Source: Octopus vulgaris (taxonomy: Eukaryota). Taken from it: a DNA stretch of 64,000 bases. Both the position numbers and the translations under genes were made by a program. This document shows, piece after piece, positions 28,221-42,281 of the stretch; the stretch's first letter is position 1, and each line of letters begins with the position of its first letter. The stretch covers positions 7,068,001 through 7,132,000 of the forward strand of contig OX597827.1 of NCBI GenBank assembly GCA_951406725.2, written 5' to 3'. The notes beneath the pieces are model-generated. The model saw nothing but the letters and a program-made list of their open reading frames with translations. It did no database searches and was not told the origin of the DNA.

Positions 28221-29416
28221 TTCCAAGAGGCTGCTGAGTTTCCATTGATCAAATTTTTTTAACAAGGCTATGGACAACACCCATCTATGACACAAGACTG
28301 TTGCCCATGTTTTCTGACTGTCTTATTCAACATATTTGACCAAGAACCATGTTCGCCTGAAAATAATTATTGATCACACAGCCATGTCTGAGTCCAATAT
28401 GTTGATCACTGAGTTACTTCTCTCTATGAAAATATCTTACCAAACGATTCCCATTCCCCAGAATATCCATCATTCCATTATTTCCATATCTTCCCTACAC
28501 CAATTCAGTCATAACTGAATACAGGAATGTCTCTGTGTGACATCCTTGGTGACAAAGTCTCATCTTTAAAATGACAATTTCGTATACACTTGTTCTGAAG
28601 ATATCATGCCACTGTATCAACTCTCCTGATATTACATATCTGAACACGAATCTAAAAGAGACATTAAGAATGGCAACCAATTGATGTGTAACACCAGCCA
28701 ACCACTGACCAAATGAAAGGCACTCAAACTAAGAACTTTACGTTCTTTTAAAAGTATTCCATGCCAGCATGGAAAGTAGACGTTCAATGCTGATGATGAT
28801 TTCTTGAATACCATAAGATGCAGTATTTCTAATTGGAAGCGTGTGATTTTGATAGATATCTGGCTGCTATTTCTAGCAAGTCCAAGAATTCATTAAGGGT
28901 ATTAATTTATTAAGAGTAACCTCCCTTACTTTCAAAACTACTTCATGGTCCAATTTCTCAGATGTTGAATTTAATAATCTTGTGAAAACAAGTTAGTCAA
29001 ATATTTTACAATGTAAACTAAATACTTGATAAACTATTCAACTAACATTACCTAAAACAATTCTCATCAATACATCCCGCCTATTACATCCAAATCTCTC
29101 AACTTATCCTATGCTAGATGGTTAAACTGACAGTATTGTAAAAAAAGAGAGAAAACAATATATATTTTTTTAAAGAATGTAAATATTAAAATAATTCTAA
29201 ACTTTGTTTGTGTTTTGCTGAAAATTCCATCTCAAGTATTTATTGAAAATATATATAAAATGTCTTTAGAAAATGGCATTGCTGTACAGGAAGTAATTAA
29301 CAATCTGATTTTGCTATGGGTGTAGTTTTAGCAAAATGGTAGTTTATAGGAAGTGAAATGACCAAACATCAACAGAAACAATTTACACAGCAGAATGACT
29401 TTTAATAAATACTTAC

Positions 29417-29705
29417 CAACAGTTGTCAGTCGTTTATACAGTTGTTACTGTATTGTTTCAGTGTTCTGGTAACAAAGATATGGTACTAGCAGAAGTTCTG
29501 AGTAGTTTGGTATGTGACAGTGTTATGTAGTTCTATGGAGTTGGTTGTGTAGTATGTAATGTGTGTTGTAGCCAATGACAAGCTGTCTTTTATTCCAGTG
29601 CAAGGAAACGGAAATACAGCCTCCAGTTTTTGCAGTAAATGATGGGCTGACTCACAAAATATTTCACTAAAACACACTCATGTATAGATACATACATATA
29701 CATGT
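29417..29705 (-). promoter_or_regulatory. Promoter block and non-coding first exon of gene 3
   Basis: Core 29601-29668; donor at 29417. Confidence 0.75.
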
Positions 29706-31126
29706 GTGTGGTGAGAAGAAACCCAGATAAATGGATGGAAATATTAATAAGGTTTTAAGTAATGAAATATAAAATTAAAGTATATTAAAAATATATCATA
29801 TTTTAATTTTATGGTAGAAAAATTATTTTCTAACTTCAGTCAAAGTTGCAAAACTTTTTATCTTATATTTCCCTCTGGTTTTACAAAATTGTTTGCTTGA
29901 AACATCCTTAATAAATGTTATTAAATAATATTTTTAGAAGTTAATTTCATTAAATAATTGTTGAGCTCATTTGAAAATACGAAATTATGGCTCCAAATAA
30001 TTGTGTTGAATAATGATTGCAATATGGTTTGTTCTTACAAGTGTTCCTATTACAGAACTAATCCTTTTAAAATGGAAATAAAAATTTCTAAATTTCACAA
30101 TTGAAACTTAACATAAATATTTATTAAAATTGAAGCCTATCCATTAAATGTCATTACAAATGGAATTCCTTTCTGATATATATATATAAATATATAAAAT
30201 GTATCTAATTTTCTTTTATTTTTTTTGCCCACCTTTTTGGAAAGCTAATCAATAATGCTTATTTTTTATATTGCTATGAAATGGTAATCTAATGCTGTTA
30301 ACTATTGAAATTATGCAATCTTCAATAGTTTTTCTAAGAAAATTTCTAGAAACTATAATGGAGAATTGTGTTATATATTTTTGTATAGCTTTCCTATGCA
30401 TATACATCCAGATATCTTCAATATATATATATATGCTAGTGGATGTTAAATGATGACGATAATGATATATATATCCTGATAGTTTCAGTAATATACATGG
30501 TTATAAGTTTCTCAGTAAAAACTTTGGTAGATATCAACTGGTAGTTTGTGAGAATATTTCGTTCTTAACTGTACCAGTCATGCCAAATACTTTGGTAATT
30601 CTGTCATATTTTCTTTTGATGATTTCGTGGTGTAAATATATTTACTTTGATTAAAGACTAAATAAGAAAAAAATTATCTATTTTGGTGAAAATGTATCAT
30701 AAATTTATAACTTTAAGAAATATTATGATGATGTTAATATTAATATTAAATTCTTTATAATTACTTTTCATCAACCCCAAAAGGATGAAAGGCAAAGTCG
30801 ACCTCAGTGCAATTTGAAATCAGAACGTAAAGACAGACGAAATACCACTAAGAAATTATAATTCCTTTCCATACTTTCATTCAGGTATTTGTAGTAATAG
30901 ACAAGCTCTACTTTTATATAAGATAAAATCATTTTTGGTATTGTCTCTAGTAAGAGGAAGTAAAATTATGTAAGCTGCTAAAGAAGACTGGCAAATAATT
31001 GGCAAAGTCATCTGTGGTAGAATATGATTTGAAATTAGTACACAAATATAAAATATGGTCAGGATTTTAGGCAGTCCTTGTTCTATTTCTGCTGCTACCT
31101 GTCATTGGTTTCTAAATAGTGCAGCA

Positions 31127-31449
31127 TTAGTTTTGTGGTGTAGATAGAGGTGGTACTTGAGGTATTGAAGGTACCTTTGGTAATGTTGTTACTTTAGGTA
31201 CAGCTGGCAGAAGTGGTTTACAGTTTGAAATAAAGGCACTTGTCATTGGCACCGTAGGTGATTGTTCAGTTGTATTAGATGTGGTCCCAGCTGTAGTGAA
31301 AGGTATTTGGTCGAGATGATAAGAAGGGTTCTTGTCGACATTTGGTTGGTAGGGATAGCCATTGTTGTTATCTCCCCTTGATCTGTCGAGAGTGTGTTGA
31401 GGGTGATTCCTTCTATTCCATGTATGATCACTTTGATAACGACATAGAT
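31127..31449 (-). CDS. PCDH: Protocadherin gene 4, terminal coding exon
   Basis: 323 nt, homologous acceptor, frame and TAA. Confidence 0.85.
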
Positions 31450-31888
31450 CTGGAAGTATATCGATTTATTGGCTGTTTTTTTTTTCAGGCATAATGAATA
31501 AAAGCAAACGGTTTTAAACAGGTTTATAGCAAGGAAAAATCAAAGCATTATATTTTAACAAAAATTAGTATATTTTAACAAAAAAAAAGTTATGCCATGT
31601 ACTGTGATATCTTGGGATTCAAGGGTCCACAGCTATTTAATGTCTCGTCCAAACATCTCAGGGATCTTCATGGAGTGGAGTAGATGTTTTCAAGGAATAA
31701 CTTGACCTCTTGCTATCTACTGTCCCAGATGAAACTGTATTACAGCAGGAAACTCAATAGAGAGCAACAGTGTTGGACTCTTTCCATCACTAAAAGCAAA
31801 TCATGTAAAATTGGCCATTGAAAACATGATTTCAACTTTAGCACAGAATCGTATGAAAAATAAATAAATAAAGTCTCGTTCAGGTGCC

Positions 31889-32240
31889 AGTCCCACTGCG
31901 TGGCACCTTGGGCAAGTGTCTTCTACTATAGCCTCGGGCCGACCAAAGCCTTGTGAGTGGATTTGGTAGATGGAAACTGAAAAGAAGCCCATCATATATA
32001 TGTATATGTATATATATGTGTATATGTGTGTGTGAGTGTTTGTGTGTCTGTGTTTGTCCCCCCAACATCACTTGACAACCGATGCTGGTGTATTTACATC
32101 CCCGTAACTTAGCGGTTCGGCAAAAGACACTGATAGAATAAGTAGTAGGCTTACAAAGAATAACTCCTGGGTTCGATTTGCTTGACTAAAGGCGGTGCTC
32201 CAGCATGGCCACAGTCATATGACTGAAACAAGTAAAAGAG
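31889..32240 (+). mobile_element. 5'-truncated SINE family A in the last intron of gene 4
   Basis: Paralogous to 13690-14030. Confidence 0.8.
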
Positions 32241-32769
32241 TATATGTACAAGTTATACAAGACAAAATTTGCTTTCACTTTTATGGTAAAGGCTCTAGCA
32301 TGGCCGTGTGATGAAGAATTTCACTTCTCAACCACATGATTATAGGTTTAGTCCTCTACTGCTGTCTCAGACAAGTCAAATTCTTTTGAACGATAATACA
32401 AACAGATAAAAGGGTGGAATACAGACACTTTTCTGATAGTATTTATCATTCAAATGTAATAATTGTGTGTTTGTCTCCTGACATTGATAGTTGTCAGCAA
32501 GCATTGGCATCACACATGCTGTAGAATTCATTTCTAAGTTTTCATGAAAGCATGTCCAGCAAATGGGAAAATATTACCTTGCTTGGAAACAGTTGGGGGC
32601 TGGTGACAAAAAGGCAAAAAACGGTCATGAAATATCTGCCTCAAAGAATTTTATTCAACCCATGTTAGTATTCCAAAGTGGATTAAAAAGGATGATGATG
32701 ATGGTAACTAAATATAGACCAACAGATTATCATACTATATTGAAGAAATATTCATTTTTTCTAACTTAC

Positions 32770-32920
32770 CTGGCAGTTCCTCATAGTGTCCAGCACTGCC
32801 GACACTCCATCCATGACCCCTATCAGTGCGAGATGACAATGTTGACATCTCACTGAATTGGTCAGAACTGTTTAGTTCTCTGTAACCAGGAGACATACTT
32901 TCTTCTCTTGGAACAAATAT
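32770..32920 (-). CDS. PCDH: Protocadherin gene 4, cytoplasmic exon 2
   Basis: 151 nt, AG/GTAAGT boundaries, open frame. Confidence 0.9.
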
Positions 32921-33310
32921 CTAAATACAAATATATAGATTCAATGTATCATCATAATGTTAAGGGAATTCCAAAAATATATATGCGTAGAGAAACATCC
33001 ACCTGTCCTCCATATCTATATGCACACACATAAATTCTGCATCATAGTGTCCTCAATATTTCGAAATAGAAATACATAAAATTGAAATAAGATTAAATAT
33101 TGCAAGTAAGTTATGACAATACTTAGAAAGTTTTAGTTGTCAATAGGAGTTGCAGTCAAACAAGAAATAAAATAATTTGCAATAAGAGCTAGAAATAAAA
33201 GATCCATGAATTTAAAGAAATCATATTAAATAAGAAATACCAGAACAAAATATTACTCTGCAAACAACTCGTGATCAACCATTCAAACAACTGGTAATTA
33301 ACTGTCTTAC

Positions 33311-35707
33311 CTGTTGATGCGGTTCAGAGAAAGATGGGTTACCCCAGCTATCATAGGATATAGTTCTGCAGTGAATATCTTCTCTGTCTACCATTGGTTG
33401 TTGGGGTTTCTTCAGATTTCTCTCCATTGTGTACTGAACTCCAGGAGGAACACAAGTAGGATCAAATATATATTTTGATTGGGTGTTTAATGCAGGTGTA
33501 ACCTTGTGGTACATATCAACACTGTTGTTATAGTTGCTGTCTGTCTGCTTCAGTCTATGAACTATACAGATTGATATAGAGATCACTATGACAACTGATA
33601 CGATCACAGCTGCTACAACAATAACAATCATCACATTCAATTGGAGACCATTACTTGATTCTGTTGTTGTCTTTGAAGGGGTCTTAAATATCTTTGATGT
33701 GGTGTTACTAACTGTTAGAGTCAAAGACAAAGTTGTTGTCGATGACAGAACTGGACTGCCACTGTCTTTCACACCTAATTCCAGTTCATAGAATCCAGCA
33801 TCATTTTGGTAAAGTGAGCGAGAGAAAGATAAGACACCAGAGTGATGGTTCATTTGAAATAAGTGTTTCTCATTACCTCTGAGTATTTCATATGTGAGGA
33901 AGGCATTGTGTTGACTGTCTCTGTCAGAGGCCCTAACAACTGTGATATCATGGTCAGAGTGTGGATGGTAGTGGACATTAAGACTGAAAGGGTCAACATT
34001 AGGGAAACTGAAATAGGGAGCATTATCATTTATATCCATAACCTCAACAACAACATTTGCTCTCTTCTCCAGTGATGGTGTTCCTTTATCTTTTACTAAA
34101 ACCTTAAACTCATATAGGTTCTTTTCTTCTCTGTCTAGGGACTCAGTTGTGGAAATGAATCCCACATCAGATATCTGAAATGGTAGAATATCTTTTCCAT
34201 TAGATAACAGAGAATAGGTTAATTGTCCTCCATCTCCAATATCTGGGTCTGTGGCATTGACATATCCAACAGGGAAGTCTTTGTGTTCATTTTCATAGGT
34301 GAGAAACTTAAATATGTCCTGACTAAACTGAGGTTGTACATCATTTATGTCAGTGACCAGCACAGAAAACCGTTTCTCTACTTTCAATGGAGGTGAACCA
34401 TTATCTTGACATTTAATGGTGAAATTAAAGCTCTTCTCTCTCTCTCTATCTATTTCACTCTTGACAACAACTTTGTATTTTTTTCCAGATAATGAGATTA
34501 GCTGAAGATATTTATTGTGTAAATGACAGTTCACTTGTCCATTTACTCCATTGTCATTGTCAGTAACTTTGACATAAGCAACAAAACTGTGAATTTGAGT
34601 TCCTTCTGAGATGACAGCTGTGTTTCCAGTTGACTCTATAACAAATTTAAGATCAATGTTTGGTGGATTGTTGAAATAACTGATTCCATTAATAAGAACA
34701 GTGACAAGTGAAGACAATGAAGGGCTACCATTATCTCTGGCTTCAATAAATAGCTCATAAATTTTACCAAAATTAAAGTCTTTCTTCAAAAATACTTCTC
34801 CTGTTGCTTCATCTAATTGAAAGTACTCTTTTACCATTTTGGGTGTTTTAGCATTATTGAAGACATAAGAAATTCTTCCATTTTCTCCTACATCTAAATC
34901 TGTAGCAGACAACCTTACAACAGGTTTGTTTACCTCGTGTGTATCATTTATAGTGACATTGTAAAAATTCTGGGAGAATACAGGGTAGTTATCGTTTTTA
35001 TCTTCTACAAATATTTTTATATCCAGTACACCTTCCTTTGATGGAGATCCTTCATCTGTAGCGATTAACCGAATATTGTAAATGTCTTTTGTCTCACGGT
35101 CTAAGTTACCTTCCAAAATTAGTTGTAATAGATCAGTTCCATCTGGTTTTTTAGAAACAAACAATTGGAAAGGTATATCTATTTTCTCTTTGAGTTGGTA
35201 AGTTAGCTTAGAATTCTGAATGCTAATATCATTATCAATGGCATTTGGAAGTGTTTCTTTTCTTCCTTTTGTCATACTTTCATCATATTTTAAATGAAAT
35301 TCTTTGTTTGGGAAAATTGGAGAATTATCATTGACGTCTTCTATCATAACTTTGATTTCTAATAACTTGAAGAAAGAATGGCCATGCTGAACAGCAATTT
35401 CTAACATCCTGAAACATTCCACATTATATTGGCACAAAGATTCTGCATCCAATATGGCAGCTGTGTACAGTTTCCCTCCAGGTGTAACATTAAACAACTG
35501 AACACTTCCATCGGTATTACCCTGGAGTATTTTAAATGTCAGTTTGCTGCTCTCAACCTTAGACTGTATATCATCCAATAAGTGTGTATCAGTGATAATA
35601 TCTCCAATATAACTGTGTATATCATTGTTCTCTTTCACATGGTAGGTATGATCCACACACCAGCAGTTATGAACATGGAATAACACCAACAATACACCTG
35701 GAAACAT
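33311..35707 (-). CDS. PCDH: Protocadherin gene 4, large coding exon; spliced product ~956 aa
   Basis: Six cadherin repeats plus TM; ATG 35707; acceptor before 35714; donor CAG|gtaaga at 33311. Confidence 0.97.
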
Positions 35708-36893
35708 TTTCAATCTGAAATAGAATTTTGTATTGATATTAATTAATCAGGTTTTAATACTACAGAGAAATTCTAACTAGAAATTTTGGTACATGAACTT
35801 TATCTTTACATTCATTTTGGATTTGTAGATTTTTAAGAAACTTGAAAGTGTGTATAGAAATGTTCTCTTTAATTTTTTGGATATAATTGATGCATATTTA
35901 GTTGTTATACACCCAAACCAAGAAATAACCCATTGATATTGCAGAGGACAGGTGTAAATTGTTCTCTGGTTTATTTTTTCTATACGACTTCACCTAATAT
36001 AAAAGAAGAGGTATTTCATCACCATTGCCCTCTAAAGTTAACAGCTTTATCAATTTACTTATACAAACTTTCATATTCTACACATGCTTGGTAACTCAGT
36101 TAAATAAATTATTGAAGCATTACCAATTTTTGCTGTATATGCAATAATATACAACTGAGTTCAAGTTGAAGTTTGAACTGGCATTGCATGTCTGAACTAA
36201 ACGAAAGTAAACATGTGGGACAGCTGTGAACATGTGTCTTTGTTTATAAACCACATGTATGTCAAATTGGCTGCTGGTGAAATTGTAATGATGACTAAAA
36301 CCACAATCCAAGTAATTTCTCTTATTTTTGCATTTGGTAAAGTAAACCAAGAGCTCTATCTAAAATTGTGAAGATACAGTGCTGGCTAAAATCTATAGAT
36401 TTTTTTTTTTGTGTTGTATACTTATAGAGTAGCATTAAATATTTAAGATATAAATGATAATGCATGCACACACACACACACACATACATGTATAGGAATG
36501 AGTTTGTGGATATGTGTGTGTGTCTATATGCACATGCACATCATGTAAAGTGTTGTGACCATATTGCCTTAATAAAAAAAAATATAAGCGTGGTATATCA
36601 AGAAACTTAAGAAATTATTAACCTGACATTGATTTTATAGACAGAGCAGACTTATTATTCTTTTATTGTAATGTCTTCTTTCAGGTTGATATGGCTGTTT
36701 TGTCTGAGTTATATTCTTTCCTTTTTACAAGTTACAGTAATTGTATTGTAGTCAAGGATATTTCTTAGGCTATATTGATCCTGGTATTTGAGCAACTTCA
36801 CAAGACACAAAAAGTAGTCTGAGGCTCAAAAGGAAATAAATGAAGTGGAACAAAATACCACCAACATACATATTGGGGTGAAATAGATGGATA

Positions 36894-37196
36894 GTGGAGG
36901 CACATGGCCTAGTGGTTAGAGCAGTGGACTTGCTGTTGAGGGATCGTGGGTTCGAATTTCCGACCGGGCGATGAGTGTGTTTATGAGCGGAACACCTAAG
37001 CTCCACGTGGCTCCAGCAGAAGGTAATGGCGAAACTTCTGCTGACTCTTTCGCTCACTCTTTCCTCCTGCATCTTGCAGCTCACCTGCGACGGACTGGCG
37101 TCCCGTCCAGGTGGGGAACCTATATGCCATGGAAACCAGGAAACCGGCCCTTATGAGCCAGGCATGGCTCAACAAGGAGCGAGCAAAAAAAAAAAG
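36894..37196 (+). mobile_element. SINE family B, intron 1 of gene 4
   Basis: Near-identical to 27918-28220. Confidence 0.85.
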
Positions 37197-38392
37197 TTCC
37201 AAGAGGCTGCTGAGTTTCCATTGATCAAATTTTTTTAACAAGGCTATGGACAACATCCATCTATGACACAAGATTGTTGCCCATGTTTTCTGACTGTCTT
37301 ATTCAACATATTTGACCAAGAACCATGTTCGCCTGAAAATAATTATTGATCACACAGCCATGTCTGAGTCCAATATGTTGATCACTGAGTTACTTCTCTC
37401 TATGAAAATATCTTACCAAACGATTCCCATTCCCCAGAATATCCATCATTCCATTATTTCCATATCTTCCCTACACCAATTCAGTCATAACTGAATACAG
37501 GAATGTCTCTGTGTGACATCCTTGGTGACAAAGTCTCATCTTTAAAATGACAATTTCGTATACACTTGTTCTGAAGATATCATGCCACTGTATCAACTCT
37601 CCTGATATTACATATCTGAATACAAATCTAAAAGAGACATTAAGAATGGCAACCAATTGATGTGTAACACCAGACAAACACTGACCAAATGAAAGGCACT
37701 CAAACTAAGAACTTCACGTTCTTTTAAAAGTATTCTATGCCAGCATAGAAAGTAGCCGTTCAATGCTGATGATGATTTCTTGAATACCATAAGATGCAGT
37801 ATTTCTAATTGGAAGCGTGTGATTTTGATAGATATCTGGTTGCTATTTCTAGCAAGTCCAAGAATTCATTAAGGGTATTAATTTATTAAGAGTAACCTCC
37901 CTTACTTTCAAAACTACTTCATGGTCCAATTTCTCAGATGTTGAATTTAATAATCTTGTGAAAACAAGTTAGTCAAATATTTTACAATGTAAACTAAATA
38001 CTTGATAAACTATTCAACTAACATTACCTAAAACAATTCTCATCAATACATCCCGCCTATTACATCCAAATCTATCAACTTATCCTATGCTAGATGGTTA
38101 AACTGACAGTATTGTAAAAAAAGAGAGAAAACAATATATATTTTTTTAAAGAATGTAAATATTAAAATAATTCTAAACTTTGTTTGTGTTTTGCTGAAAA
38201 TTCCATCTCAAGTATTTATTGAAAATATATATAAAATGTCTTTAGAAAATGGCATTGCTGTACAGGAAGTAATTAACAATCTGATTTTGCTATGGGTGTA
38301 GTTTTAGCAAAATGGTAGTTTATAGGAAGTGAAATGACCAAACATCAACAGAAACAATTTACACAGCAGAATGACTTTTAATAAATACTTAC

Positions 38393-38681
38393 CAACAGTT
38401 GTCAGTCGTTTATACAGTTGTTACTGTATTGTTTCAGTGTTCTGGTAACAAAGATATGGTACTAGCAGAAGTTCTGAGTAGTTTGGTATGTGACAGTGTT
38501 ATGTAGTTCTATGGAGTTGGTTGTGTAGTATGTAATGTGTGTTGTAGCCAATGACAAGCTGTCTTTTATTCCAGTGCAAGGAAACGGAAATACAGCCTCC
38601 AGTTTTTGCAGTAAATGATGGGCTGACTCACAAAATATTTCACTAAAACACACTCATGTATAGATACATACATATACATGT
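38393..38681 (-). promoter_or_regulatory. Promoter block and non-coding first exon of gene 4
   Basis: Core 38577-38644; donor at 38393. Confidence 0.75.
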
Positions 38682-40101
38682 GTGTGGTGAGAAGAAACCC
38701 AGATAAATGGATGGAAATATTAATAAGGTTTTAAGTAATGAAATATAAAATTAAAGTATATTAAAAATATATCATATTTTAATTTTATGGTAGAAAAATT
38801 ATTTTCTAACTTCAGTCAGAGTTGCAAAACTTTTTATCTTATATTTCCCTCTGGTTTTACAAAATTGTTTGCTTGAAACATCCTTAATAAATGTTATTAA
38901 ATAATATTTTTAGAAGTTAATTTCATTAAATAATTGTTGAGCTCATTTGAAAATACGAAATTATGGCTCCAAATAATTGTGTTGAATAATGATTGCAATA
39001 TGGTTTGTTCTTACAAGTGTTCCTATTACAGAACTAATCCTTTTAAAATGGAAATAAAAATTTCTAAATTTCACAATTGAAACTTAACATAAATATTTAT
39101 TAAAATTGAAGCCTATCCATTAAATGTCATTACAAATGGAATTCCTTTCTGATATATATATAAATATATAAAATGTATCTAATTTTCTTTTATTTTTTTT
39201 GCCCACCTTTTTGGAAAGCTAATCAATAATGCTTATTTTTTATATTGCTATGAAATGGTAATCTAATGCTGTTAACTATTGAAATTATGCAATCTTCAAT
39301 AGTTTTTCTAAGAAAATTTCTAGAAACTATAATGGAGAATTGTGTTATATATTTTTGTATAGCTTTCCTATGCATATACATCCAGATATCTTCAATATAT
39401 ATATATATGCTAGTGGATGTTAAATGATGACGATAATGATATATATATCCTGATAGTTTCAGTAATATACATGGTTATAAGTTTCTCAGTAAAAACTTTG
39501 GTAGATATCAACTGGTAGTTTGTGAGAATATTTCGTTCTTAACTGTACCAGTCATGCCAAATACTTTGGTAATTCTGTCATATTTTCTTTTGATGATTTC
39601 GTGGTGTAAATATATTTACTTTGATTAAAGACTAAATAAGAAAAAAATTATCTATTTTGGTGAAAATGTATCATAAATTTATAACTTTAAGAAATATTAT
39701 GACGATGTTAATATTAATATTAAATTCTTTATAATTACTTTTCATCAACCCCAAAAGGATGAAAGGCAAAGTCGACCTCAGTGGAATTTGAAATCAGAAC
39801 GTAAAGACAGACGAAATACCACTAAGCAATTTGAATTCCTTTTCATACTTTCATTGAGATATTTGTAGTAATAGACAAGCTCTACTTTTATATAAGATAA
39901 AATCGTTTTTGGTATTGTCTCTAGTAAGAAGAAGTAAAATTATGTAAGCTGCTAAAGAAGACTGGCAAATAATTGGCAAAGTCTTCTGTGGTAGAATACG
40001 ATTTGAAATTAGTACACAAATATAAGATACGGTCAGGATTTTAGGCAGTCCTTGTTCTAGTTTCTGCTGCTACCTGTCATTGGTTTCTAAATAGTGCAGC
40101 A

Positions 40102-40424
40102 TTAGTTCTGTGGTGCTGATAGAGGTGGTACTTGAGGTATTGAAGGTACCTTTGGTAATGTTGTTACTTTAGGTACAGCTGGCAGAAGTGGTTTACAGTT
40201 TGAAATAAAGGCACTTGTCATTGGCACCGTCGATGATGGTTCAGTTGTATTAGATGTGGTCCCAGCTGTAGTCAAAGGTATTTGGTCGAGATGATAAGAA
40301 GGGTTCTTGTCAACATTTGGTTGGTAGGGATATCCATTGTTGTTATCTCCCCTTGATCTGTCGAGAGTGTGTTGAGGGTGGTTTCTTCTATTCCATGTAT
40401 GATCACTTTGATAACGACATAGAT
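40102..40424 (-). CDS. PCDH: Protocadherin gene 5, terminal coding exon
   Basis: 323 nt, homologous acceptor, frame and TAA. Confidence 0.85.
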
Positions 40425-40869
40425 CTGGAAGTATATCGATTTATTGGCTGTTTTTTTTTTCAGGCATAATGACAAAAAGCAAACGGTTTTAAACAGGTTT
40501 ATAGCAAGGAAAAATTAAAGCATTATATTTTAACAAAAAAAAAAGCTATGCCCCAGCTATCCTGTCTAGAGTGAGCGCCATGCTCTGTGATATCTTGGGA
40601 TTCAAGGGTCCACAGCTATTTAATGTCTCGTCCAAACATCTCAGGGATCTTCATGGAGTGGAGAAGATGTTTTCAAGGAATAACTTGACCTCTTGCTATC
40701 CACTGTCCCAGATGAAACTGTATTACAGCAGGAAACTCAGTAGAGAGCAAACAGTGTTGGACTCTTTCCATCACTAAAAGCAAATCATGTAAGATTGGCC
40801 ATTGTAAACATGATTTCAGCCTTAACACAGAATCGTATAAATAAATAAATAAATTCCCGTTCAGGTGCC

Positions 40870-41210
40870 AATCCCACTGCGTGGCACCTTGGGCAAAATC
40901 TTCTATAGCCTCGGGCCAACCAAAGCCTTGTGAGTGGATTTGGTAGACAGAAACTGAAAAGAAGCCCATCGTATATATGTATATATATGTGTATATGTGT
41001 GCGTGAGTGTTTGTGTGTCTGTGTTTGTCCTCCCAACATCGCTTGACAACCAATGCTGGTGTGTTTACATCCCTGTAACTTAGCGGTTCGGCAAAAGTGA
41101 CTGATAGAATAAGTACTAGGCTTACAAAGAATAAGTCCTGGGTTCGATTTGCTCGACTAGAGGCGGTGCTCTAGCATGGCCACAGTCATATGACTGAAAC
41201 AAGTAAAAGA
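40870..41210 (+). mobile_element. 5'-truncated SINE family A in the last intron of gene 5
   Basis: Paralogous to 13690-14030. Confidence 0.8.
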
Positions 41211-41741
41211 TTATATATGTACAAGCTATACAAAGACAAAATTTGCTTTCACTTTTATGGTAAAGACTCTAGCATGGCCGTGTGATGAAGAATTTCAATT
41301 CTCAACAACATGATTATAGGTTTAGTCCTCTACTGCTGTCTCAGACAAGTCAAATTCTTTTGAATGATAATACAAACAGATAAAAGGGTGGAATACAGTC
41401 AATTTTCTGATAGTATTTATCATTCAAAAGTAATAATTGTGTGTTTGTCTCCTGACATTGATAGTTGTCAGCAAGCATTGGCATCACACATGCTGTAGAA
41501 TTCATTTCTAAGTTTTCATGAAAGCATGTCCAGCAAATGGAAAAATATTACCTTGCTTGGAAACAGTTGGGTGCTGGTGACAAGAAGGCAAAAACGGTCA
41601 TGAAATATCTGCCTCAAAGAATTCTATTCAATCCATGTTAGTATTCCAAAGTGGATTAAAAAGGATGATGATGATGGTAACTAAATATAGACCAATAGAT
41701 TATCATACTATATTGAAGAAATATTTATTTTTCTAACTTAC

Positions 41742-41892
41742 CTGGCAGTTCCTCATAGTGACCAGCACTGCCGACACTCCATCCATGACCCCTATCAGTG
41801 CGAGATGACAATGTTGACATCTCACTGAATTGGTCAGAACTGTTTAGTTCTCTGTAACCAGGAGACATACTTTCTTCTCTTGGAACAAACAT
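41742..41892 (-). CDS. PCDH: Protocadherin gene 5, cytoplasmic exon 2
   Basis: 151 nt, AG/GTAAGT boundaries, open frame. Confidence 0.9.
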
Positions 41893-42281
41893 CTAAATAC
41901 AAATATATAGATTCAATGTATCATCATAATGTTAAGGGCATTCCAAAAATATATATGCGTAGAGAAACATCCACCTGTCCTCCATATCTACATACAGACG
42001 CAAAAAAGTGCATCATAGTGTCCTCAATATTTCGAAATAAAAATACATAAAATTGAAATAAGACAAAATATTGCAATTAAGTTATGACCATACTTAGAAA
42101 GTTTTAGTTGTCAATAGGAGTTGCAGTCAAACAAGAAATAATATAATTTGCAATAAGAGCTAGAAATAAAAGATCCATGAATTTAAAGAAATCATATTTA
42201 ATAAGAAATACCAGAACAAAATATTACTCTGCAAACAACTCGTGATCAAACATTCAAACAACTGGTAATTAACTGTCTTAC

